A DNA stretch of 62,413 nucleotides, the filler included, from Asterionella formosa (taxonomy: Eukaryota): NCBI GenBank assembly GCA_002256025.1. It is 12 parts of 12 records of this genome, joined end to end, with 100 filler letters (N's around TTAATTAATTAA, not from the genome) between each part and the next. Parts side by side here need not be neighbours in the genome. Positions count along the whole stretch, not along the records: positions 10,445 to 15,562 come from NKIB01013213.1; positions 15,663 to 20,775 come from NKIB01013214.1; positions 20,876 to 25,988 come from NKIB01013215.1; 9 more parts are not named here. The stretch is one strand, 5' to 3'. The translations under genes were made by a program, and so were the position numbers. Under the pieces are notes generated by a model. The model saw only the letters and a program-made list of their open reading frames with translations, made no database searches and was not told the DNA's origin. Below, piece after piece: positions 11,626-24,488 of the stretch. The first letter of the stretch is position 1. Every line of letters starts with the position of its first letter.

Positions 11626-13554
11626 ATAAGTGAACTTAAAACATGAGATCACAGAGACATAGAAATTTCAGCTTTTCTCAAGAAGCAAGCCTTTGATTGT
11701 CGAAACAGGCCAACAGAACTTTCACAACAAGGTATTGCTTTCCAAGAGCGACTTTTCACTCCAAAATGAAGACATTCAGAGAAACATGCATCGTTTGTTT
11801 GCCCATGCTATGGACTGAGCCCAACCCATTCCCGCTTTTCAGCGACAAGTTCTTATCAATCCCCATAGGAATGGAGGTTAAATCAATCAAGTTTTCGATG
11901 AAATTAAAAATCAATTTCATCAAAGGCAAGAGCGATTGACAGCAAGCCCAACTTATTCCCGACTTTCAACGACAAGATCGTATCAATTCTTCCCATGGGG
12001 ACGGAGGTGAATTCAATTCAGTTTTTGATGACAGTGAAATCAATTTCAACAGCTGCGAGAGAAATTGGCAGCAAATCCAAATGTATTGCAGCTTGTAGAT
12101 GGAGACGATCACGAGGGACCAGCAAAGAAATTCAGTGGACTGCATTTTGTCTGGAAAATAAGTTCCATGCTGCAGACGCCATTGTTCAAAGTATGCTACA
12201 GTAACAAAGCTCTGTGGTGACCACAATATCTTCATTTACAAGCACAGCAAATGTATTTTAGTTTATGGCAGTGTTGACGATAAAGTGACATTAAAGCTAA
12301 CAAACAAATGTATAGAATGATATAATGTGCTCAGTTTCTTCATTTCGCCTTATAGTCATAAATCATTGCAGACATTGCACATGAATTGATAGTGGCTGCG
12401 ATCACTAAGATTGTATTGCAGGTGGAGTGTGAACAAGAAGACATGATCACAACAAAACTGGAAGCAGATAAGAGGATTGATAATATCTTTAGGATGAATT
12501 ATGTGTATATGTATATGCATGCTGATATCATTTTTGGTAAGAGCAAGCCATTTCGGGTATGAGCAAGCAAGTCTTAAAATATTATGGGAAATTATATGTA
12601 TTAAAACTCTAAAAAATTTGGTCAACACAAACACAAATTTTGGGGTTATGGATACAATGATTTGTGTTATAATACACATGATATAATATATTTTTAATAT
12701 CAGACCGCGCCCAATATCATACCGTCGTACTTTGTACGTATGTTGAGAATATATGGTTCAAAGAAAAATGGGTCGTAATGCATCTGCATTCTGGTCGAGA
12801 TAGCTACAAGTGAAAATCGAAAAATATCAAAAATGTTTTTTCAAATGTAGTTGCCAATTGTAATCTTTCTATATATTATATATGCATGATTCTGTAGCTA
12901 AGCGCAAGCCGCACAATGGTGTAATTGAGGCAGATAAAATCATAGGAGTCAAAATGGCCCTGGAAAAATTTGAATTATCCATGCAATTTTTATTGGACAG
13001 AGGAAGTACCTGGTACCGGGTAAACTCACCGGTCAGGAGGCAATTATTTAATTTTATTCATACAGTAGTCTACGTAAATACCCGTAAAACCTGGTGTCTC
13101 GTACCCCTCAATGTATACAGCCACGACTGATTTTACAGAGAGGAGAGTGCAAGACATTGGACCTTTTTCGATAATCCAACACTGCGAGCAAATAAACTTC
13201 ACCACCGGTTTCGCCGTAGTCTAAAACGTAAATAGCAGTTACTTTTGAAATATTTCCGCAAAGCCAAGGCTAATCGCTCTCCTGCTACAAAGAATTCACA
13301 ATGACGAATGATACAGGGCGTGAATTTTTGCATTGGGGGGCTGCAATTTCTGGTGGTAATAGCAGTCAAGCATGAACACAATCACGATGATGACGATTTT
13401 AATGGAAGATACTAGGACTACTACAATATTGAATTTAACTTGCCAGTACTGGTAGTGGGCACACTTCGAAATACCAAAATATTTTTTGCCAAAATTATTA
13501 TATCAGAAATATTCTTTGCTGATATAATATATAATATCCCCATTGCGCTCTTAA

Positions 13555-14790
13555 GGTTGTTGCATTTGAACCCCTAGCTCGAGGTAGGGTTAATAAAATA
13601 ATATTGAGTCAGACTAATCAAACACGTACTTTACACATTCAAATTAAATATGTATAACGCTCAACGGAGCTTTCACCAATACACACCCTTTCCATATGCT
13701 TAAATACAGTCTTCGGACAAAGTAGGGGTGTAGGTTCACTCAATATATCGTCAGTATATAGGATCTGGTCAGAAACTGCAGAAAGGAACTTCGGTTTTTT
13801 AGCTATGCTAAAAAGACTCGAAATTTCGGGGGAAATCTGTTTATTTGGCATAGTAAAAAAACCGAAGTTCCTTTCTGCAGTTTCTCGCCAGAAGTTATGT
13901 ACTGGTGCTATTTGAAAGTTACCTATGTATCTAAATCGCCGTCAGACCCAGCCAACGTTCAGCTATCGTCGTCCAAAAACTCGACAAAATCGGCCTTTTC
14001 TACGGTCGCCAAAATATCGGAATCAGAATTATTAAGTGCCGAAACGTCATCATTGGAATGGCAGTCGTGTGCCGGAATTTTTAGTCCTAAAATCTCCTGT
14101 CCGAAAAATTCCATTGTTAGTACCCGCTTCCACATACATAATATGATTGGTGAGCATGAAGTACATTCCTCTGTTTGATTGGCCTGGTTTGCGAGGTCGT
14201 GCAAACCCACGCTGGCCAAATTGGATTACCGTAACATGTAACATTTTCTTGGGTGTACTGACAGTCCGGTGCTATATTCACGACGGGTACCAGTAGATGA
14301 TCATCATTGAACATACCGGTACGCGTACCGCTCCTTGGGTGCACTTTCAAATATTTGCCGAGCCGCCGCGTTGTATACATGACCCATATTCGTCGATAGG
14401 AGTATACATTGTAGTACTGGTGTATGCAGATGAAGCGATGTAGAACCTAAATATATATATATTTATATATGTGTATATTAAACGATTTGAATATGTCAAA
14501 CGGATTCAATGCATAGCATATAAAATCGTTAATCGGAGTATAGAGTGTCCATGCATACATGTTGATCGTATTTTTAGCATATATATACATTCAGCGACTT
14601 AAAGTGTCAATATATATATTTAGCGATTTTGACAAGGAATCTTTTACGTATTCGCAAATTTCCACTGATTCAAATATTTCAAATGGAATCACGTCATTCA
14701 AAAATAGCTAATTAAATTCTTAATTCCAGGGAATTTTCGCAACCCTAAGCAATATTTTAATTTTTGCCTAGGGGTTCAAATGCAGCAACC
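13555..14790. mobile_element. Non-autonomous TIR element with TTAA target duplication (Kolobok-like)
   Basis: TTAA|GGTTGTTGCATTTGAACCCCTAG ... CTAGGGGTTCAAATGCAGCAACC|TTAA. The TIR is 23 bp with 1 mismatch. GG..CC termini with a TTAA TSD fit Kolobok rather than piggyBac (CC..GG). Confidence 0.8.
13771..13885. repeat. Long internal inverted repeat (~42-bp arms, ~30-bp loop)
   Basis: AGAAACTGCAGAAAGGAACTTCGGTTTTTT.. (13771) is the reverse complement of ..AAAAAACCGAAGTTCCTTTCTGCAGTTTCT (ends 13885). Confidence 0.9.
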
Positions 14791-14952
14791 TTAAACTCGA
14801 ATTTTTTTAGATAACTTATCTGACAGTAAAAAAATTTAACTATAATTTCTAGTAGATAAATTTTCAAAGCAACGCATCCTCTGGTGTGTAATGCCTCCTC
14901 TTGTACACTGTATACATGTTTTCCATATTTTCACCAGTGTCGGTCAGTGACC

Positions 14953-14980
14953 ATGTCGGCTGAACTGCTCTCATCTCCTA

Positions 14981-15024
<44 letters not shown>

Positions 15025-15562
15025 ATGATAATCACATACATACTGCTAGCAGCTTGTCATCTAGCAATAAACAAGACAGCATTGTTTCATGAAAATTTGA
15101 CTGTTGATGAGATCAGAAGAAGAAGTGGCGAAATCCGGTGTGACGCACTACAGTATCCATTGTCAAGTCCATTCTGGCCTTTGTTCAATAGCAAGCATGA
15201 TGATTCCCTCATCACATTGTGTGGGTTCGATCATGCTTCCTTCGAGCTCCTACACCAGCTACTATTCAAGCCTTATTTTGATTCCTTTACTCCCTGTAAA
15301 AAACGGAATTCATTGTCAAGAATTCAACAACAAAATCTGGTCGACCCAAAATGCTGTGTTCCATCAGTTTTCTGGCATGGACTAAAACTTGTGGATCCTA
15401 TATGATTTTTCAGATCATTTTCGGCTTAGCTCATCGTTGAAGTGCTTCGGACTAATGAAAATGCCATTGTTCGACTACCTACTACAGCTGAAAACATTTT
15501 ATTTGCATCCATAGTTTATAAGAAGTACCCTTTGATAAAAAATTATTGGGGAGCAATGGATG
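14953..15562 (+). pseudogene. PIF/Harbinger-like (DDE_Tnp_4-type) transposase, frameshifted and truncated by the contig end; includes (GAT)14 at 14983-15024
   Basis: DDSLITLCGFDHASF..L...F..YF, then after frameshifts GSYMIFQIIFGL and VRLPT...KKYPLIKNYWGAMD. The last motif leads to the first catalytic Asp (typical GAxDG). Confidence 0.6.
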
Positions 15563-15813
15563 NNNNNNNNNNNNNNNNNNNNNNNNNNNNNNNNNNNNNN
15601 NNNNNNTTAATTAATTAANNNNNNNNNNNNNNNNNNNNNNNNNNNNNNNNNNNNNNNNNNNNGTACCAGGTACCAGGTACCCTTGTACCTGGTATCATAC
15701 CAGCACAGTTCCTCGTACTACATCGGTATCAAATTCATTACGTTCTTTGGTTTGCATACCCTCCCTGACAATACTTGTGACAAAAATTGCTGCATGCTGT
15801 GCTGCTATTTACA

Positions 15814-16581
15814 ATGGACGTCGAATCAGCTGACCTTCTCGAGGCCGCTTATTCGTCATCATGGATGGCGCAAAATGACAATTTCAAACTTGACTCCGAG
15901 GATCGTCTCGAAAGGCTGCGAACACATTGGGTTCAGGCGACTGCTTGCTTCCAGAGAGCATCATCGGAAATCAGTGAGTCATGGTGGAATCGAATAAAAG
16001 ACCTGTATGGACAAAAATATCGAGCCTATCACACCTTGGTCCATTTGGAGGAACTTTTTGGGTTTCTAGACATCCTAGACATCGACTCCAAGCACATGGA
16101 CTACAACGTCATGGCTCTCGCCATATTATTCCACGATGCTATCTATGACGTCCAATCAGGAGAAAATGAAGACGATAGTGCCAAAATATTTCAGGAATTT
16201 TGTAGCGATGTTGGAGACTCCAGTCTAGCGAATCTCCAGTCGCGAGTCGTTGAATTCATTTTAGCCACAAAACACCACAAAGCGCCGAAGAATGGAGACG
16301 AAGCCTTGGCAATATTTCTGGATATTGATATGGCAGTTTTGAGTAAAGATGCATCTGCATATGCTGCCTATGCAGGTTTGATTCGACAAGAATACATCCA
16401 TGTGGATCGAGCAATGTATTGCGAAAAACGTGTAGATGTGTTGCAGAAATTTCTGGAGGAACCCAGTATATTTTCTAGTCGTCTACTTAACTCTGTCCTT
16501 GAGGCAAGGGCTAGAGCGAATCTGCAGGATGAAATCGACATGTTGAAGCAGGGAATAATCCCAAGAGAAATGAATGTTTAA
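15814..16581 (+). CDS. HD-superfamily metal-dependent phosphohydrolase (bacterial COG4339-like)
   Basis: RAYHTLVHL, LAILFHDAIYD, ENEDDSA, ILATKHH, FLDIDMAVL, IRQEY, R..VL..FL and EARARANL motifs. Single exon; ATG at 15814. Confidence 0.8.
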   Translation: MDVESADLLEAAYSSSWMAQNDNFKLDSEDRLERLRTHWVQATACFQRASSEISESWWNRIKDLYGQKYRAYHTLVHLEELFGFLDILDIDSKHMDYNVMALAILFHDAIYDVQSGENEDDSAKIFQEFCSDVGDSSLANLQSRVVEFILATKHHKAPKNGDEALAIFLDIDMAVLSKDASAYAAYAGLIRQEYIHVDRAMYCEKRVDVLQKFLEEPSIFSSRLLNSVLEARARANLQDEIDMLKQGIIPREMNV

Positions 16582-18405
16582 ATGTAAACATCAGCCATGT
16601 CGGGATGTTGCATTAGTTAATCAAGTGCTATGGTATGCATTCATGGTATTTGCCTGGGTCATTCACATTACAGGACAATGATGATCAAAATTGTGTGATT
16701 CATGCAATATGATTTAGCCACAATTTTGGGCTGTATGGGGCCTGTTAAGGTCACCACCATTTGTGAAATCATTTCAGTTGTATTCTGACAAAAAAATTCA
16801 ATTCAAGGGTGAGGTCATGGAAAGGTATTGAACAACAAGAAGCAATCATCCATATACATGTACTCCCTCTGTGTTTGTATAGTTAGGAGAAATGAGATGT
16901 GCCCTTTCATGAAGCAAAACTTTGATAATTATCCAGAAAGTCACCCTTCCTATATAGAAATTATTTTGAATTGAGGTTCATTACCTTAAGGCTGATAAAA
17001 TAAACCTTTCTGATAACAAACCCAGTGATATGACATCAAAAAGTGACTGAAGATCTCTTCTCTGATAAACAAACCCAGAAAAGAGGCAATTTTTTAATCA
17101 GCAAAATCAAGACTAGTGCATCACAAAGCTCAAGGCTTTCACATAACCAAGCACCTCCTGAAGTCACAATGAACACTGATGAATCTGGTGCAAGGCGCCT
17201 CCTCCTTCCCGTGCACATCGAAGAAAATGAGTTTTGAAATGGATCTTGTGCTTCTGTAACAGATACAGACGCGGTCCATTCCCGCCTTCTGGCTCTCGGA
17301 CACCCTCCCATTAGACTTCCATGACCATGCTCTTTTAAAGGATGTATCATTGTTATGGACTCTACCAAACACCAGGCAGATCTTGTCAATTGCCAAAATC
17401 CAAAACTTGGTTACAGAGCAAGTACTACCCATGGTCAAGTCTCTATGGTATAACACTTCAAAACGCAAGGCAACCAAATGAAGAAAAGGATGTCAAGTTC
17501 TGGTTCAAAAGTTTCAATTCCAAAATGGTTGGGTACATGGTTTCATATGAGATACATGCAAGACCAAGAGAAAGTGAATGGCATCCGCCCTATTTCGGTA
17601 GTATCATCCCATAACTGGAGCAGTGCAGGAACTGCCTGGCTTATAGAAATTGTGATTGATCCTAAGATTCAACTGAGGATTGATTTACTCCACCAACCTG
17701 CTGTCCAAGGAGAGATTGATGGGGCTCCAGCCAGGTGGGTCCATCAATGATACCACATGTAGTGGTGTAATTTCATCATGTTTCAAAGATTTCACATGAT
17801 ACAAGCCTCCATATAGGTTCCCAGATGATGATGTCCAATTAGAGGAATGTGATCCCAACTCTGATCAACTTCCCAAGCAAGGGGCAGACTCCTGTAAATT
17901 GCAATGAGTGACCATGAGGTCGGAATTTTCTTTTTGAGATATTCATGAAAAAATTGGTGACAACAGGAATGATGATAGTAGTGAAAGTGATCATGATAGT
18001 AATTAAAGATTAGCAGTGAATTATATATCGGTAATTGATTCCACTACCACCATAACCCATTAAAAGATAAGATCCCCCCCCCGTATGCACATAAATATAT
18101 GGGTGAAAGAATTCGATGCATGAATGAGAGCAAATGCGCGCTGCGCCTGATGTGTGGTTGTGGCTTTATACGGACGAAGGAACTGGGGTCGCCAGAGCCA
18201 GGGGAGTGGCTTTACGATGGAAATGGTGCTGCTCGGTTCGGTTGGTCTTGAAGCTAAAAAGTATCCCTCACCCGAACAGATTTTTGCCGATCTTTCGAGT
18301 TCAAGCAAGCGCGAAACATCTCGTAAAATCTGGCTTGATATCTGTCGTACGTGTTCCCATGCGTTAGTTTGACTCCGTATTGCTTTATTATCTTACCTCT
18401 TGACC

Positions 18406-19259
18406 ATGAAGATCGCCACTCTTTTCGCTCTTTTCGGCTCAGCGTAAGTAGTTGTGATTGCTTGGTTTACTACGTTTTCATGGAACTGATGCATGGGAAG
18501 CGAGGAGGAGTAAATGGAACAAAACGAAAGTGATGCTTGGATCCATTGGTCTGGCTGTTGATGTTTCAAAAAATCTGGAAGAGCTGGTAAACCTTGATTC
18601 AAAATGGTTGCGTTAGAAGGATAATTTTGAGGCATATCATCGACAAATGTATAAAGTGATTTGATCGGGAACCTTCTCGTATCGAACTCCTCTAATCTCC
18701 ATTTTCTTGCCCTTGTAGCGCTGCCTTCGCACCAGCCACACAAATCCGTTCGGGATCTGCGCTTTCGGCATGGAAGGATGAGACCGTTGTTGGGATCACT
18801 GCACCCATGGGGTTCTTCGATCCTTTGGGATTCGCTACTGGTAAGACTGACGCCACCATGGCGGTTTACCGCGAGGCCGAGCTCAAGCACGGACGTGTTG
18901 CCATGGCTGCTTGCTTGGGTTGGTACATTACTGCTGCCGGTGTTCACCCCGCTTTCAACAGCCAGCTCTCCAGCGACCCTCTTGCGGCCGCCAAAGAGCT
19001 TTCCCCTGTTGGATGGATCCAATTCGTGCTTGGATGTGGTGCCATTGAATGGCTTGCTCAGCAGATCTCCAAGCGTCCTGGATACGTTGCCGGAGACCTC
19101 CTTGGTGCTGCTTACTGGGTTGACGATAGTGATGAGGGCTGGCTCGATTACCAAAACAAGGAAATTAACAACGGACGCCTTGCTATGGTTGCTTTCATGG
19201 GAATCTTCGTTCAGGACTTGTACTATGGCAACTATGGTGACCAGATTTTCAAGCAGTAA
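18406..19259 (+). CDS. Fucoxanthin-chlorophyll a/c light-harvesting protein; exons 18406-18443 and 18719-19259
   Basis: Spliced N-terminus MKIATLFALFGSAAAFAP (signal peptide + ASAFAP-like plastid motif). Also GFFDPLG, REAELKHGRVAMAA and KEINNGRLAM. Confidence 0.95.
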
Positions 19260-19456
19260 GCAATACTATCGCAATACGATATTAGTCTTGTAAAGAGAAT
19301 GTCTTGCCTAGGTTGCTCAGCAAGTGCTGCTGACAACCTTTAACAATCAAGGATGGGTGTCAAATGCAGTTGAAGTGATCACCCAACAGTCAGGATTATC
19401 TAGCTATGTTATCCTATTCTAGAGCGCAAATCTTTCTGCCCTCTTTCACCTTACTG

Positions 19457-20339
19457 CTATAAATCGTCTGGGAAATATGCACATCCCCTCGTCGTGTCTA
19501 TTAAGCGCTCTCGTAGTTCACCTAGGCAAGTGGTCTTGCAAGTAATCCTAACCGTCAAGTTCCCATTTGTATCATACTCCTCGTCGGCAAACGATCCTCC
19601 AGCTTTTGACACTGATTCGTACAATGCTCCGGCATTTGAAGATACCACGGAAACTCGAAAGGATGATTGTGGGATCATGATTTCCTTTGGCGCAGCGCGA
19701 AGCACGGTCCTTGCTCCTCCGCCATACGCCCGAATTAAACCACCAGCTCCAAGCTTGACGCCTCCGAAATAGCGAACTACCACGCAGACTATATCCGACA
19801 ATCCTTCACCCTTAATTGCACCTACCGGTATGCAATTTGTTAGTTTCAGTTTCCTATTTGCACAGGGACACAACACAACATTCAAAACTTACTGAGAATA
19901 GGAAGACCAGCAGTACCAGATGGTTCTCCATCATCCGAACAGCGCTCTTGAACTGGGTTAATCCCTGCAACAAATCCAAAGCAAACATGCCGCGCTTTGG
20001 GATGTTCGGAACGCACCAATGCCACATAATCTTGGGCTTCTTTCCAGTTTAGAGCTCGTTGTGCATATCCAAGGAACCTACTCTTCTTGATCTCTATCTC
20101 AGCCGAATAAGATCCCGGTTGTAAAGTAATCGGCGCATCGTCTTTAGTCATTGCACATCTAATGGAGAAATTAAGGTCAGCATTCGAGAGATCATGACTC
20201 TACTAGTGTTCATGGTTTCAACATACATGGAATATCCGAAATGTATGGATCTAACTTGGCGTGATGGTACTCTTACAAAAGCAGCGATCATTGTTGCCGT
20301 CAGAAAAAGGGACCAACTCAATATTAGCGGAACAGCCAT
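19457..20339 (-). CDS. IMPACT/YigZ (UPF0029) family protein, three exons, probable plastid presequence
   Basis: EIKKSRFLG, HPKARHVC, SDDGEPSGTAGLPIL and VVVRYFGGVKLGAGGLIRAY. Two GT-AG introns join MAVPLILSWSLFLTATMIAAF.. in frame. Confidence 0.9.
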
Positions 20340-20875
20340 TACATTGAGATGGCAGTTTAGCCTCTGATGACCACGAAGTTCAAAGTTCCAGCAAGTGAGG
20401 GGGTGACAATCAAGAAAAAGGCACCTACAATCGCACAAAGCAAGGGCTTCATGTGTTGGAGAAATTATTTTAGGAAAGAAAATCCCGCTATAAATTACCT
20501 ACTACATATTAAATCGAAAATGGTACCAGAGAATTCGAAAACAATCTACGCAAACAGTAAAACCCATAATTCTATTAAAACTCTTAGGATCGATTACAAT
20601 CGATTACGGAGACATCATTGTTCATATCTACAGCCTATTTGGTCCCTGACGTGTCCTTACAGGATACAAGAAAGCATAGAGTGCTTCAGGACGCAATTTC
20701 AACAGTTTTAATAGAATTAGCCGGCCAGGAAGAGCCGTGATATCACAATCAACAACAGGTAGACCATTGAGAGTCNNNNNNNNNNNNNNNNNNNNNNNNN
20801 NNNNNNNNNNNNNNNNNNNTTAATTAATTAANNNNNNNNNNNNNNNNNNNNNNNNNNNNNNNNNNNNNNNNNNNN

Positions 20876-21670
20876 TCGCAACAGGCAACTGGTCTGGTCA
20901 GAAAGGGCAAGGAAATCGCCAATGGACTCTTTGAATTCGGTCTTGCATTCAATTTGTTGGGTCAGAGTGAAGCTGATGCGTTGGGCGATGCCCTGGGAAA
21001 AATGGGCGAGACAGCTGATCAACTTTCCGTTCTTAGCGGTGAACACGCCGAGAAGGAAATGCAGCAGTTTGAAGAACCTCTTCAGGATTACATCAAGATG
21101 ATTCATGCTGTCAAGCTTGCCTTGCAGCGCCGACACGAAAAACGACTGACCTATTCAACATGCATGGCCGAGGTGGAATCGAAGAACACGACACTGATGA
21201 AGCTTCGGGCTACTCCCGGTCAAGAAGCCAAGGCTTATGCATCCGAAATGTCACTGCGAAGAGCGCAAGAAGCGTGCGAGGTGGCCCGGGAAGACTTTGC
21301 GGCTGTGTCTCAACGTGTCCTTCGCGAAGTGGATCGGTTCAAGCGAGAAAAAGCGGAAGATATGCGTTTAACTGTCTTGGACTACATCAATTTGCAAGTT
21401 GAGTACAACAAGAAAATGGAGGAGATTTGGGGTAGTTTGATTCCTCAATTGGAGCGTGTTCAGCTTGATAGGAATAGCAACGCTGTCCCTGTTCCGGTTC
21501 CTTTGTTGCAACATCAACAGTCGCAGCAGCAACAACAGGAGTTTGCGGCCAACCCATCGTTTCCTCCGATTCCCCAACCTGTTCCCACAAATACCTATGC
21601 GGATTCCTCCATGTTTTCGGTTCAATACAGAAATCCTTTGCCTGGCAGCCACCCCATGGCCGGAATGTAA
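20876..21670 (+). CDS. Sorting nexin (Vps5/SNX1-type) C-terminal BAR domain, 5' truncated
   Basis: Helical pattern LVRKGKEIANGLFEFG.AF..LG.SE, EPLQDYIKMIHAVKLAL..R, F..VS.RV.REVDRFKREK and EIW..LIP. Confidence 0.8.
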   Translation, partial: SQQATGLVRKGKEIANGLFEFGLAFNLLGQSEADALGDALGKMGETADQLSVLSGEHAEKEMQQFEEPLQDYIKMIHAVKLALQRRHEKRLTYSTCMAEVESKNTTLMKLRATPGQEAKAYASEMSLRRAQEACEVAREDFAAVSQRVLREVDRFKREKAEDMRLTVLDYINLQVEYNKKMEEIWGSLIPQLERVQLDRNSNAVPVPVPLLQHQQSQQQQQEFAANPSFPPIPQPVPTNTYADSSMFSVQYRNPLPGSHPMAGM

Positions 21671-22017
21671 TTGGTAGTTTGTGAAGTCGACAGATGTCGA
21701 TAGGTAGAGTTCAAACCAAAGATTTTATTATATTTGGACTACCGTTTTTATGAATTATTTGTAATTACATGACCATTTCACTCCTCTGGATTTGTCTTGT
21801 ACCGAAGCAAAAAACGAAGCCGGAACCTAAATCGGACAGCATTGCCCGCATCGCAGCTCTCTGCCCTCAGTAGATTTGAATCCTGGTAGCTTGTGATGGA
21901 TGTTGAGTAGTCTTCCGACCGACTACCATTACCTATGGAATCATGTCGACACTAACATTTGTGACAAATATGCACCCCAGTTAAAGGTTGGGGATGTACG
22001 GGATAGCAGAGTATTTA

Positions 22018-22988
22018 NNNNNNNNNNNNNNNNNNNNNNNNNNNNNNNNNNNNNNNNNNNNNNNNNNNNNNNNNNNNNNNNNNNNNNNNNNNNNNNNNNN
22101 NNNNNNNNNNNNNNNNNNNNNNNNNNNNNNNNNNNNNNNNNNNNNNNNNNNNNNNNNNNNNNNNNNNNNNNNNNNNNNNNNNNNNNNNNNNNNNNNNNNN
22201 NNNNNNNNNNNNNNNNNNNNNNNNNNNNNNNNNNNNNNNNNNNNNNNNNNNNNNNNNNNNNNNNNNNNNNNNNNNNNNNNNNNNNNNNNNNNNNNNNNNN
22301 NNNNNNNNNNNNNNNNNNNNNNNNNNNNNNNNNNNNNNNNNNNNNNNNNNNNNNNNNNNNNNNNNNNNNNNNNNNNNNNNNNNNNNNNNNNNNNNNNNNN
22401 NNNNNNNNNNNNNNNNNNNNNNNNNNNNNNNNNNNNNNNNNNNNNNNNNNNNNNNNNNNNNNNNNNNNNNNNNNNNNNNNNNNNNNNNNNNNNNNNNNNN
22501 NNNNNNNNNNNNNNNNNNNNNNNNNNNNNNNNNNNNNNNNNNNNNNNNNNNNNNNNNNNNNNNNNNNNNNNNNNNNNNNNNNNNNNNNNNNNNNNNNNNN
22601 NNNNNNNNNNNNNNNNNNNNNNNNNNNNNNNNNNNNNNNNNNNNNNNNNNNNNNNNNNNNNNNNNNNNNNNNNNNNNNNNNNNNNNNNNNNNNNNNNNNN
22701 NNNNNNNNNNNNNNNNNNNNNNNNNNNNNNNNNNNNNNNNNNNNNNNNNNNNNNNNNNNNNNNNNNNNNNNNNNNNNNNNNNNNNNNNNNNNNNNNNNNN
22801 NNNNNNNNNNNNNNNNNNNNNNNNNNNNNNNNNNNNNNNNNNNNNNNNNNNNNNNNNNNNNNNNNNNNNNNNNNNNNNNNNNNNNNNNNNNNNNNNNNNN
22901 NNNNNNNNNNNNNNNNNNNNNNNNNNNNNNNNNNNNNNNNNNNNNNNNNNNNNNNNNNNNNNNNNNNNNNNNNNNNNNNNNNNNNNNC
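22018..22988. other. Assembly gap (N run, intra-scaffold)
   Basis: Run of N without the stop-linker. Confidence 0.95.
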
Positions 22989-24304
22989 CTTGATGAATAG
23001 AGCCGCTCGCGTTACTCCAGCGGCAGCTGGATCCGCCTTGTTCAAGGCGGCTTCATCTACCCCTAGCACATTAACGGCGCTAAGAGCATCTAGTTCATTT
23101 ACACAAGCAGAACTCCCTGAAAAACTTTATTTCACGAAGGAAAAAGAAGTCCCAAAGGTACTTGGGGGACTTCAAATCGGTTTGCGAAAGCTCGTCGTGA
23201 TTACAGGAGCATCCTCCGGTCTCGGACTAAACTGTGCCTCCACTCTCGCTAAGACTGGTAATTATTTCGTTATCATGGCTGTTCGTGACGTTGAGAAGGG
23301 CAAGCAGGGTAAGAGCGACATTTTTGACAAGGACTAATTATTGCAGGAATTGAAGGAACAGGAGCTAACCATTCCCCTGTTTTTACCGTTTAACAGTCGC
23401 CAAGAAGATGGGTTTCCCAGATGGATCCTTTACCACCATGAAGCTTGAGCTTGGAAGTCTCCAGAGCGTGCGCGACTTTGTTGCGAACCTCAAGGCATTC
23501 AAGTCCGCTCGACCTCTGACTCATCTCATTTGCAACGCTGCTGTCTACAGACCCACAGACCCCAAACCAGCTTGGACTGACGACGGCTTCGAGATGAGCA
23601 TGGGCGTAAACCACTTTGGCCACTTCCTCCTCGTCAACCTTCTACTCGATGATATGAGTAAGGCCAAGGGAGCTCGTGTCTGCATTGTGGGATCTATCAC
23701 AGGAAACAGTAACACTGTCGGTGGAGGACTTGTCTACCCGCGTGCTGACTTGGGCAAGCTTCAGGGTTTCGAGAAAGGCGCCAAGAAGCCTGTCGAAATG
23801 GCAGATGGCAAGCCTTTTTTTGGCGCCAAGGCGTACAAGGACTCCAAGGTTTGTAACATGATGACTGTTTCCGAACTTCACAGACGTTACCACGAGAGCA
23901 CCGGAATCAACTTTGTCAGTATGTACCCAGGATGTATTGCCGAGACCGCCCTGTTCCGCGAGAAGAGACCATGGTTCCGTAAGGCGTTTCCATGGTTCAT
24001 GAAGTATGTTACTGGCGGGTACGTTGGGGAAGAAGAAGCTGGCCAGCGTCTTGCTCAGGTGATTGATGATCCGCTTTGCGACAAGTCCAACGTGTACTGG
24101 AGCTGGAACGGAGGCGCCCAAACAGTTGGACGATTTGATATTGACGGAAAGCCTAAGGGTGCTGGCGGATCTGGAGGAGAGATTTTCGAGAATACCCAGT
24201 CTGATGCTGTGCGAGACAAGGAGATGGCCGCCAGGATGTGGGATTTGAGTGTTGAGGCTGTCGGGCTCTCACCAAAGGAGATGTTCAAGGGCCGAAAACC
24301 GTGA
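22989..24304 (+). CDS. por: Light-dependent protochlorophyllide oxidoreductase; 5' end in gap, intron 23309-23396
   Basis: ITGASSGLG Rossmann motif, LICNAAVY, GVNHFGHFLL, IVGSITGNSNT, catalytic AYKDSK, MYPGCIAETALFRE, GGYVGEEEAGQRLAQV and YWSWN. Confidence 0.95.
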
Positions 24305-24488
24305 GGGTTGAGCTATTCGACAAAAGGTAAGACTGTGGCCGGAAGCTGTCATAGCAATTCGCTTTTGAAAGTTATGAAGTCTTAGTACACTACAGGCCCA
24401 GGAACTAGGTGAATAAACATACATCCCAGGAAAGAATAAATGTATTGTATAACATTCTTAACATTAGTTACAGGTTAGTTCCCCCTCG

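Noticed and set aside
18393..19293. 253-aa antisense and 210-aa alternate-frame ORFs over the LHC gene
   Set aside because: Shadow ORFs of a codon-biased, highly expressed gene; they run through the intron and show no motifs.
21900..23069. Long ORFs of 360-450 aa here and 150-180 aa at 38914-39479
   Set aside because: Made of X residues translated from N gaps.
18406..24304. LHC + POR as a photosynthesis gene cluster
   Set aside because: They lie on different contigs separated by the 20776-20875 spacer.
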